NCBI RefSeq assembly: GCF_000284115.1
Contig: NC_017080.1
Span: 1,710,001-1,742,000 of the forward strand
Direction: 5' to 3'
Source of the DNA: Phycisphaera mikurensis NBRC 102666
Lineage (GTDB): Bacteria > Planctomycetota > Phycisphaerae > Phycisphaerales > Phycisphaeraceae
Length of the DNA: 32,000 nt
Shown here: in pieces, positions 1 through 7,171 of the stretch
How the letters are laid out: every line of letters begins with the position of its first letter
How positions within the stretch are numbered: position 1 is the stretch's first letter
Notes under the pieces: generated by a model
The model's input: only the letters and a program-made list of their open reading frames with translations
Databases searched by the model: none
Told to the model about the DNA's origin: nothing
Program-made: the position numbers and the translations under genes

Positions 1-240
1 CTCGGCCTCGCGGTGCGGATCAACGACGGCGAACCCGGCGTGTTCGAGCACGCGACGACGCACCGGTTGGTCGGGTTCCGGGTGCGGACCGGCCGGACGG
101 TCGGCGGGCGGCTGCGACCGGGTGCGGGCGTCTGGCGGAAGCCCGGAACGCGGAGTTTTGCACAGCTGCCCGTCGCGCGGCCGGTGCAGCGGATCGTCGC
201 TATGGTCGCGGCGCAGCCAGGCCGGGAAAGCGGAGTGTGA
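1..240 (+). CDS. possible 3' end of a gene truncated by the window edge (unknown product)
   Basis: Frame 1 is open from base 1 to TGA 238-240. The first ~38 codons end almost uniformly in G/C, as in the clear genes here. No recognisable motif, and the last third is Arg/Gly-rich and unconvincing. Confidence 0.3.
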   Translation, partial: LGLAVRINDGEPGVFEHATTHRLVGFRVRTGRTVGGRLRPGAGVWRKPGTRSFAQLPVARPVQRIVAMVAAQPGRESGV

Positions 241-409
241 TTCTCCCGCGGACGCGCCACCGTGAAGGCTGATCCTCTCTTGGAGGATCGACCCAAGTCG
301 GAATGCCGGCCGGCTGCCGTGCTCCCCGCCGTGGGGGGCCGTTCTGCCCGAGAGCCCCTCGCGACACGGGGGCCCGGTGCCGCGGCCGCCCGCCGTGCGT
401 TCGAGAAGC

Positions 410-455
410 CCGCGGACCGTCGAGGTTTTCGCGGGTTTCCGGCCACGGTCCGCGG
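410..455. repeat. 46-bp inverted-repeat element copy 1 (CCGCGGACCG-N26-CGGTCCGCGG), intergenic, 5' leader of PEP-CTERM gene
   Basis: Exact 10-nt arms at 410-419 and 446-455. The stem extends to 12 bp (408-419/446-457). Confidence 0.9.
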
Positions 456-531
456 GCGCCGGCGTCGGCCGCCCGTGTCTTGCGAGGGTTCCTCCGGGAG
501 CCGCCCTCCGGGGCACGCGAGAGACCGACGC

Positions 532-1153
532 ATGCGAAACCTCCTCCCGATGCTGCCCGCCACCGCCGTGGCGTTCGCTTTCCTCGTCGCCGCGCCGGCT
601 TCGGCGCAGGCGACGTTCCAGTACGCGGTCGGGTCGGGCGAGGCCCGCAGCGACCTCGTCGTCGACTTCGCGGGCTCGGGCAGCACGCCGGGCGGGGCGT
701 ACGCCTTCTCCTACTTCTACGACCCCGCGGACAACCCGACCGGGCTCGACCTGCTGACGGCGATCGATGCGGGCGGCGGCCTCGACGTCGCGACGACGCA
801 GTTCAGCTTCGGCGTCGCCATCGACGGTTTCACCTTCGGCGACGACTCGCGGGTGTTCGAGAGCTTCACGGAGGGCTCGTTCCGCTACTTCGTCTCCGGG
901 GGGGACCGGGCAGCAGTTCCTGCCCCCGGACTTCGCGCCCACGCTCCGCGACTACGCCGACGACGGGTACACGGTCGCGGCTTCCGGGGCGTCGGGTCGC
1001 TTCCTCGCCGACGGCAGCGTCGACGCCTTCCGCTTCGCCGACGCCGCGGGGACCCGGCCGGCGGCGGTGCCGGCGAACATCCCCGAGCCCGCGGCCGCCG
1101 CGTGGGCGGCGGGCGGCGGGCTGCTGCTGCTGCTCCGACGGCGGGCGTCGTGA
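532..1153 (+). pseudogene. PEP-CTERM sorting-domain secreted protein (DUF4430-like fold suspected), interrupted by a frameshift at a G7 tract (898-904)
   Basis: ATG 532 gives the signal peptide [27 protein letters not shown] in frame 1. Protein-like sequence continues to ...FRYFVSGG, then degrades into Arg-rich text. Frame 2 picks up at the same G run with [10 protein letters not shown]...[24 protein letters not shown], i.e. a PEP motif, TM stretch and RRR (PEP-CTERM signature). Removing one G joins the halves. Confidence 0.7.
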
Positions 1154-1941
1154 GGCGGCGTCCCGCCTTCACGCTGGTCGAGCTGCTGGTCGTCGTCTCC
1201 GTGATCGCGCTCTTGATCGGGCTGCTGCTGCCGGCGCTGGCGGCGACGCGGGAGGCGGGCCGTGCGGCGGTGTGCCTGTCGAACCTGCGGCAGACCACGC
1301 TGGCGCTGATCAGCTACGCGACGGCGGACGGCGGCGGGCTCGTGCCGCTGGTGCAGAATCGACCCGCGGGGCGGGCTTGGTGGTTCGGCTTCGAGCCGAA
1401 GCCGTACGTCGGCCTCAACCGGCCGATCGAACCCGGGGGCTCGCCGCTGGCGACGCACGCGGACGGGCTCTTCGGCGAGGGCATCGCCTGCCCCGCCTTC
1501 CCCGCCGGCGACCCGGGCTTCAACGCGAAGTTCGCCCGGCGGAGCGCCCACTTCGGCTACAGCGGCGGCCTCGCGCCGCCGGCGTACACCGGTCTGCCGA
1601 CGAAGCGCCTGGTGGAGGTGGCCGACGCGTCGGGCACCTTCGCCTTCGCCGACGCGCTGCACCAGGACTTCTCGCCCACCGCGTTCAACGAGCCGCACGA
1701 GGTCGCCTTCCGCGGTCCGGGCGCGGTGAGCGGGGCGGGGCACTTCCGCCACGCCGCAACGGCAAACCTCTCCTACCTCGACGGACACGCCGCCGCCCTG
1801 GAGCCGCCGGAAGGGGAGGCGGTGCACGGGAGCTTCGGGGGCGGCGACCTCGTCAACCTCGACGTCGCGCAGGGGCGGGGCACGCGTTACGGCTTCCCGA
1901 CGTGGACCGCGTCGCTGCTCCCCGCCACGGTGCGGCCATGA
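1150..1941 (+). CDS. prepilin-type N-terminal cleavage/methylation domain protein (DUF1559-like pseudopilin)
   Basis: GTG 1150 overlaps the upstream TGA (GTGA). The N-terminus is [29 protein letters not shown], followed by [14 protein letters not shown] and a C-terminal NLSYLDGH motif typical of this Planctomycete family. Confidence 0.85.
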   Translation: MRRRPAFTLVELLVVVSVIALLIGLLLPALAATREAGRAAVCLSNLRQTTLALISYATADGGGLVPLVQNRPAGRAWWFGFEPKPYVGLNRPIEPGGSPLATHADGLFGEGIACPAFPAGDPGFNAKFARRSAHFGYSGGLAPPAYTGLPTKRLVEVADASGTFAFADALHQDFSPTAFNEPHEVAFRGPGAVSGAGHFRHAATANLSYLDGHAAALEPPEGEAVHGSFGGGDLVNLDVAQGRGTRYGFPTWTASLLPATVRP

Positions 1942-2231
1942 GGATCGATCGCTGCGTCTGCACGGGTCGCTTCTTCGAGAGCCTGCTCGCCCAGGCCCGG
2001 GCGGAGGATCTGTCGTTGCCGCAGCTGATGGAGCGAACCGGCGCCGGGCGTGGCTGCGGCAGCTGCCGCGTCTACGTCTCCCGGGCGTACCGAACCGGCC
2101 AGACCGTCTTCGGCGAGCTGCTCGAGAGCGACGCGGAGCCGCCGCCGGCGGAGGGGGACGCGCAGGCGGCGACGCCGGCGCCGGCGGCAGCCGCGCGGGA
2201 CCGTGGAGCGACGCGCGACGCCGGAGGCTGA
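1938..2231 (+). CDS. BFD-like [2Fe-2S]-binding domain protein
   Basis: ATG 1938 overlaps the upstream stop (ATGA). The sequence [11 protein letters not shown]...[13 protein letters not shown] carries the C-x-C...C-x-x-C pattern of bacterioferritin-associated ferredoxin-like domains. Confidence 0.8.
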   Translation: MRIDRCVCTGRFFESLLAQARAEDLSLPQLMERTGAGRGCGSCRVYVSRAYRTGQTVFGELLESDAEPPPAEGDAQAATPAPAAAARDRGATRDAGG

Positions 2232-2370
2232 AGACCCCGCCGCCGGCGGGGCCCGCGGCTCGGGGGCCGCCGGCTTCATCCGGCCGGGCCGGTCTGCTGT
2301 CGCGTCGGGTTCCACGCGGTTAGGCTCCCCGCCCGCCGCTTCCCCGCTTCCCCGACCCCCGAGAGCCGCC

Positions 2371-3513
2371 GTGAGTGCCAACTCTGATTCCCTGATCGCC
2401 CACGACCCCTTGAAGGTCCACGCGACGCTGGCGGACACGCCGCTCTCGAAGTACTTCAAGGCGGCGGTGAAGTTCGGGGCCTCGGACCTGATCATGCGGG
2501 GCGGCCAGCCGCCCAAGCTGCGGCTCAAGGGCGACCTCAAGGCGCTGGACACCCGGCCGCCGACGGTCAAGGAATTCAACGACTGGATCCACGACGGGCT
2601 CTCGCCCGAGCAGATCGCGCAGTACCAGGACCGGGGCAGCCTCGACCTGGGCATCGACTTCGACATCGACGGCGAGAAGCACCGCTTCCGCGTGAACATC
2701 TTCCTGACCCGTTCTCGCTCCGCCATCGCCGCCCGCCGGGTCAGCAACGAGATCCTCAACTTCGAGCAGCTGCACCTGCCGCCGGCGATGGAGAAGATCA
2801 CCCACGCCAAGCAGGGCATCATCCTCCTGTGCGGGGTGACGGGTTCGGGCAAGTCCACCACCATCGCGGCGATGCTCGACGAGATGAACAAGCGGGATCC
2901 GATCCACATCCTCACCATCGAGGACCCGATCGAGTACCTCTTCGAGGACAAGAAGGCGATGATCAACCAGCGCGAGATCGGGCTGGACTGCCCCGACTTC
3001 GCGACCGCCCTCCGCGCGATGGTCCGGGAGAACCCCGACGTGGTGCTCGTCGGGGAGATGCGCGACCGCGAGACCTTCGAGGCCGCGCTGCAGGCCGCCG
3101 AGACCGGGCACCTCGTGCTGGGCACGATCCACGCGAGCTCGGCCACCCAGGCCTTCGGCCGCATCTACGACCTGTTCCCCGCGGAGGAACGCGAGGCGAT
3201 CCGCACGCTGCTCGCGTACCAGATGCAGGCCTTCATCTACCAGAAGCTCCTGCCGACGCTGAAGGAGAACATGCCGCGCGTGCCCGCGGTCGAGATCCTG
3301 CTCCAGAGCCCGCCGGTGCGGAAGGCGATCATCGAGGGCCGCGAGGCGGAGCTCGACAAAGTCATCAAGGACAGCCGCGACATGGGCATGCGGACCTTCG
3401 TCGACTCCCTGGTCGAGCTGGTGGAGACCGAGTACATCCACCCCCGCGTGGCGCAGGCCAATGCGCCGTCGGCGGACGAGATCAAGATGCGGCTCCGGGG
3501 GATCTCCGTATGA
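2371..3513 (+). CDS. pilT: type IV pilus twitching-motility (retraction) ATPase, PilT family
   Basis: Walker A GVTGSGKSTT, Asp box ILTIEDPIEYLF, Walker B DVVLVGEMRDRET and His box GHLVLGTIHASSA are all present. The GTG 2371 start is chosen just upstream of the conserved N-terminal domain. Confidence 0.9.
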   Translation: MSANSDSLIAHDPLKVHATLADTPLSKYFKAAVKFGASDLIMRGGQPPKLRLKGDLKALDTRPPTVKEFNDWIHDGLSPEQIAQYQDRGSLDLGIDFDIDGEKHRFRVNIFLTRSRSAIAARRVSNEILNFEQLHLPPAMEKITHAKQGIILLCGVTGSGKSTTIAAMLDEMNKRDPIHILTIEDPIEYLFEDKKAMINQREIGLDCPDFATALRAMVRENPDVVLVGEMRDRETFEAALQAAETGHLVLGTIHASSATQAFGRIYDLFPAEEREAIRTLLAYQMQAFIYQKLLPTLKENMPRVPAVEILLQSPPVRKAIIEGREAELDKVIKDSRDMGMRTFVDSLVELVETEYIHPRVAQANAPSADEIKMRLRGISV

Positions 3514-5126
3514 CGCCTGAACCGGCCTTCCTCGTCAGCATCGCCAAGCCGCTGCTGCTCTTCGCCGTCCTGCTGGGCTGGGGGCGGTTGGTTTCCTTCT
3601 TCGACAAGGACGCGGCGCACTTCCACCTCAAGCGGACGCTGTTCAACGGGCTGCACCTGCTCGGCGGTGTCGCCGGCTTCGGCGTGATGCTCCTGGTTCC
3701 GCTGTTCTGGCTCGGCCTCCCGCTGGGCGTGCTGCTGCTGGCCGGGTCGATCGCGGGCTACGTCTACTACCGCAACGGCCAGGTCGACGACAAGCAGAAG
3801 TGGACGCTCGACCTGGAGGATCTCCGCCGCCAGATGGCGGAGAAGCGGCAGGGCAAGGCCCAGAAGGCGACGAGCGTCAAGCTCCGCCGCAACGGCCAGG
3901 AGGTCGAGGTGCCCCGCGGCGACGACCCGCGCGTGGAGGCTCACGAGCAGCTCGAGCGGATGCTCAAGTTCTCGGTCGAGCGGGACGCGGAGACGATGGA
4001 CCTGGTGGTCGAGGACCAGAAGGTCCAGCTCTCCGCGAAGATCGACGGCGTGCGTTACCCCATCGAGTCGCCGGCACCGGACGTCGCGCTCGCCGCGATC
4101 GACTTCATGAAGCAGGCGGCCGGGCTGGACATCGACGACCGCCGCCGCCGGCAGAGCGGACGCGTGCAGGCGGAGGTGCTCGACGAGGAGGGCGGCTCCC
4201 GCTCGGCGGAGCTGGAGATCCTCACCGCGGGCAGCACCCGCGGCGTGCAGATGCAGGTGACGCTGAACCCCGACGCGAGCACCGAGATGCCCCTGGACCG
4301 GCTGGGCCTGCTGCCCAAGCAGCTGGAGTACCTCGAGTCGGTGCTCGGCGAGAACAAGGGCGCGGTGGTGCTCGCGGCGGACAAGCACCAGGGGGCGCCG
4401 ACGACGATGTTCGCGATGCTCAGCCGCGTCGATCCCTACACCAACTCGGCGGTGCTGATCGCCAGCGACGATCAGATCGACCTCGAGGGCATCGACCGGC
4501 ACGTCTTCGACCGCGGCAAGCCGGCCTCGGAGTTCAACTCCGAGCTGGCCGGCATCCTGCGGACCGATCCGAACATCGTGATGCTCGACCGGATCGCCGA
4601 TGCGAAGACGGTCGCGCTGATCGCGGGGCTCTCCAACGAGATCCGGTTCATGCTGCCGTTGCCGCAGCCGGACACGACCACCGCGGTGAAGGCTTACCTC
4701 AAGGCGTCCGGCGATCCGAAGGAGGCCGCCAAAGGCCTCTCGACGGTGATCGGTCAGCGCCTGGTCCGCCGGCTGTGCACGACCTGTCGCGTTCCCTACA
4801 GCCCCAACCCGGCCGCGCTCAAGAAGCTGGGGATCCCGCAGGACAAGGTCGGGACGCTCTACAAGTCCAGCGGGAAGGTCCTCGTGAAGGAGCAGCAGCA
4901 GGCCTGCCCCGACTGCCACGGCATCGCGTACCGCGGGCGCGTCGGGGTCTTCGAGGTGATGCCGGTCGACGACCGTGCCCGCAAGCACATGGCCGCCGGC
5001 GAGATGGACGCGCTGCGGAGCCACCTCCGCAAGCAGGGCATGGTCTACCTCCAGGAGGCCGGCCTCGCCAAGGTGGTCGAGGGCGTGACGGACATCAAGG
5101 AGGTTCAGCGGGTGCTGGCGGAGTAG
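3510..5126 (+). CDS. membrane-anchored GspE/PilB-like protein with degenerate ATPase motifs (predicted pseudo-ATPase)
   Basis: ATG 3510 overlaps the pilT stop (ATGA). There are three N-terminal hydrophobic helices. A GspE N2-like region (SAKIDGVRYPIE...IDDRRRRQSGRV) and a C-terminal tetracysteine motif (CTTCRVPY...CPDCHGIAYRGRVGVFEV) are retained. Walker A reads LAADKHQGAPTT, Walker B NIVMLDRIAD and the His box PLPQPDT. Confidence 0.85.
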   Translation: MTPEPAFLVSIAKPLLLFAVLLGWGRLVSFFDKDAAHFHLKRTLFNGLHLLGGVAGFGVMLLVPLFWLGLPLGVLLLAGSIAGYVYYRNGQVDDKQKWTLDLEDLRRQMAEKRQGKAQKATSVKLRRNGQEVEVPRGDDPRVEAHEQLERMLKFSVERDAETMDLVVEDQKVQLSAKIDGVRYPIESPAPDVALAAIDFMKQAAGLDIDDRRRRQSGRVQAEVLDEEGGSRSAELEILTAGSTRGVQMQVTLNPDASTEMPLDRLGLLPKQLEYLESVLGENKGAVVLAADKHQGAPTTMFAMLSRVDPYTNSAVLIASDDQIDLEGIDRHVFDRGKPASEFNSELAGILRTDPNIVMLDRIADAKTVALIAGLSNEIRFMLPLPQPDTTTAVKAYLKASGDPKEAAKGLSTVIGQRLVRRLCTTCRVPYSPNPAALKKLGIPQDKVGTLYKSSGKVLVKEQQQACPDCHGIAYRGRVGVFEVMPVDDRARKHMAAGEMDALRSHLRKQGMVYLQEAGLAKVVEGVTDIKEVQRVLAE

Positions 5127-5130
5127 GAGA

Positions 5131-5242
5131 GAAGCGGAGAAGCGGAGAAGCGGAGAAGCGACGAAGCGACGAAGCGGAGAAGCGAAGAGGCGGAGAAGCG
5201 AAGAAGCGACGAAGCGGAGAAGCGAAGAAGCGGAGAAGTCAG
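5131..5242. repeat. tandem array of ~14 degenerate 8-bp units (GAAGCGGA / GAAGCGAC / GAAGCGAA), array R1
   Basis: Read directly from the sequence, starting 5 nt after the TAG at 5124-5126. The array is almost T-free on the + strand. Confidence 0.95.
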
Positions 5243-5301
5243 AAACAGAGACGCAACCCTGATGTGAATGCAAGCCCGATGGGGGAGCCGTGGCCTCTTG
5301 C

Positions 5302-5345
5302 CTGACTTCTTCGCTTCCTATCTTCTTCGCTTCCCCGCTTGCCTC
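5302..5345. repeat. inverted, pyrimidine-strand partial copy of the octamer array (CTGACTTCTTCGCTTCC...)
   Basis: 5302-5318 is the reverse complement of 5226-5242 with 2 mismatches in 17. Together with R1 it makes a long imperfect inverted repeat around a 59-nt spacer. Confidence 0.7.
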
Positions 5346-5366
5346 CGCCGAAGGCGGATCCTTCCC

Positions 5367-7091
5367 ATGATCCTCAACATCCTCGTCCTCGTCCTCGTCC
5401 TCGCGATGGCCATCTTCTGGTCGACGCAGGGGCTGTTCAGCGCCTTCATCCACCTGGTCGCGACGGTGGTCGCCGGCGCGATCGCTTTCGCGGTGTGGGA
5501 GCCGGTGACGCTGGGGCTGTTGCTCGATCCGCTCACGTCGTGGGCGTGGGCGACCGGGCTGCTGCTGCCCTTCGCGCTGGCGCTGATCGTGTTGCGGATC
5601 CTCAGCAACAAGGTGATCGGCGGCAACCTGAAGCTGCCGAGCCTCGCCGACCAGGGCCTCGCCGGCCTCGTCGGGGCGGTCAGCGGCGTCCTGACGGCGG
5701 GCGTGTGCCTGCTGGGGGTGTCGTTCCTGCCGCTGGGCCCGGCGCTGCTGGGCTACCAGCCCGTGGAGGTGCAGACCACCGCGCGCCTCGGCCCGCCCAC
5801 CAACGACGCCGTGACGACCTCGCTCTGGATCCCGGTGGACCGGCTGACCGCCGACTTCTTCGCCTTCGCGTCCACCCACGGATTCTCGAGCCACCGCCCC
5901 CTGGGCCTGCTGCGGCCGGATCTCGACGAGGCGGCGGCGCGATTCCGCATCGGCCAGTTCTACGACCCCAACGCCTCGCTCGTGGCCAACCCATCGACCG
6001 TCGCGGTCGAGGCGGTCCGGGTCTACGACGGCGAGCTGCCCGCCGAGGTGCCGGCGCTGCTGGGGCAGTTCATCGCCGAGTCGGCCCCGACCCGCAACGG
6101 CGACCGGCTCGTGCTGGTGACCACGCGGTGGGAGGCGCTCAAGGACACGGCCACCTTCGACGAGGGCATCCTCCGGCTCCCGCCGGTGCAGACCGTGCTG
6201 CTCGCGGCGCCCCCGGCCGGGCCGCTCGCCATGCACCTGCCGGTGGGCTGGAGCAAGAAGCCGGTGACCTCCAGCACCGCCGCGTTCTACGGCGTGGTGG
6301 ACAACCGCAGCTACGCGAGCAGCGAGCTGCCCGAGGAGACGATCACCTTCGTCTACGCGATCCCCGAGAACCAGGACCCCGTGTACTTCGAGACCCGGAT
6401 GCTGCGGATCCCGCTGGGCGAGCCGGAGCAGGGCGCCGCCGGGGACGGAGCGGTCGTGGCCGACCTGCTCGGGGAACCGGCCATCGAGGCCGGCGAAGAG
6501 GGCGACGCGGGCGGCGGGCCCGGCGTCAACGTCTCGCCGCAGAACGCCGCGGCCGCGGCGGCGGTGGGCGAGCCCGTCGGCAACGCCGCCTTGAAGGCGC
6601 TGTCGATCGAGGCGACGAACAGGCTGCCGGGTCGCATCTCCATCAACGCGGCGAGCGGGCTCGACGTGGAAGAGAAGGAGGTGATCTCCGGGCGGCAGAA
6701 CGTGCAAAAAGGCGACCGCACCGCGACGGTCGACTCCATCCGCACGCCGCCGGGCCAGGTCATGGTCCGCCTGGAGCTGTCGCCGATGAGCACCAGCCAG
6801 GCATTGCCCACGCGGGTCGTCGCGAAAGTCGCCGGGGGGGACGGCCGGTACAAGCTCGTGGACACCCGCGGGAACGAGTTCTTCGCCCGTGCCACCGTGT
6901 GGCAGAAGGACGCCGGCGAGCAGGAGATCCACGTGACCGACCGCCTCGACAACGCGGCAGACCTCCCGATCAACCGCCTCCAGGACGGCGACCGGCTGTT
7001 CGCCTACTTCGCCATGCCCGACGGGCTCGTGCTTGACCGGTTCGTGGTCGGCACGATGGAGCAGGACGTCGACTTCACGGTGGGGGAGTGA
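5367..7091 (+). CDS. CvpA-family membrane protein fused to a ~400-aa C-terminal domain of unknown function
   Basis: ATG 5367 gives [31 protein letters not shown]... with four hydrophobic helices resembling colicin V production protein (CvpA). I do not recognise any motif in the remainder. Confidence 0.8.
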   Translation: MILNILVLVLVLAMAIFWSTQGLFSAFIHLVATVVAGAIAFAVWEPVTLGLLLDPLTSWAWATGLLLPFALALIVLRILSNKVIGGNLKLPSLADQGLAGLVGAVSGVLTAGVCLLGVSFLPLGPALLGYQPVEVQTTARLGPPTNDAVTTSLWIPVDRLTADFFAFASTHGFSSHRPLGLLRPDLDEAAARFRIGQFYDPNASLVANPSTVAVEAVRVYDGELPAEVPALLGQFIAESAPTRNGDRLVLVTTRWEALKDTATFDEGILRLPPVQTVLLAAPPAGPLAMHLPVGWSKKPVTSSTAAFYGVVDNRSYASSELPEETITFVYAIPENQDPVYFETRMLRIPLGEPEQGAAGDGAVVADLLGEPAIEAGEEGDAGGGPGVNVSPQNAAAAAAVGEPVGNAALKALSIEATNRLPGRISINAASGLDVEEKEVISGRQNVQKGDRTATVDSIRTPPGQVMVRLELSPMSTSQALPTRVVAKVAGGDGRYKLVDTRGNEFFARATVWQKDAGEQEIHVTDRLDNAADLPINRLQDGDRLFAYFAMPDGLVLDRFVVGTMEQDVDFTVGE

Positions 7092-7100
7092 CGTCTCCTT

Positions 7101-7156
7101 TGGAGCAAGAGACGAAGAGACGAAGAGCCGGAGAGACGAAGACAGCAGGAGGCGCG
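7101..7156. repeat. octamer array R2 (GAGACGAA GAGACGAA GAGCCGGA GAGACGAA ...)
   Basis: Read directly from the sequence. It lies between the CvpA-like stop (7091) and the conserved start region of murD. Confidence 0.85.
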
Positions 7157-7171
7157 GGGCCGGGCGTCGCG

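Noticed and set aside
271-289. GATCCTC-tcttg-GAGGATC hairpin 30 nt after the TGA at 238-240, considered as an intrinsic terminator.
   Set aside because: The stem is only 7 bp with no following T-tract, and the upstream ORF itself is uncertain. The hairpin is real but the function is unsupported.
262-1941. A single 559-aa ORF offered by the track.
   Set aside because: It is a chimera of four parts: an upstream non-coding leader, the N-terminal half of the frameshifted PEP-CTERM gene, an out-of-frame stretch, and the separate pseudopilin gene starting at GTG 1150.
303-2231. 642-aa ORF.
   Set aside because: Only the last 97 codons (from ATG 1938) look like protein, namely the BFD-like domain. 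The rest is the alternative frame of the two upstream genes.
5124-5264. In-frame stop-free extension after the TAG of the GspE-like gene (46 codons, EKRRS-type charged repeat), suggesting stop-codon read-through.
   Set aside because: The octamer array is nearly T-free, so every frame is stop-free by composition alone. There is no independent evidence for read-through.
3237-6932. 1231-aa ORF on the - strand. Similar giant antisense ORFs occur at 19755..24548 +, 12124..14217 -, 28516..31026 -, 17525..19888 - and 952..1827 -.
   Set aside because: They lie antisense to genes with unmistakable motifs (PilT, GspE-like, ABC-F, ArgB, MoeA and others). Their translations are Arg/Gly/Pro/Ala-rich with no motifs. 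Stop-free antisense frames are expected at this GC content.
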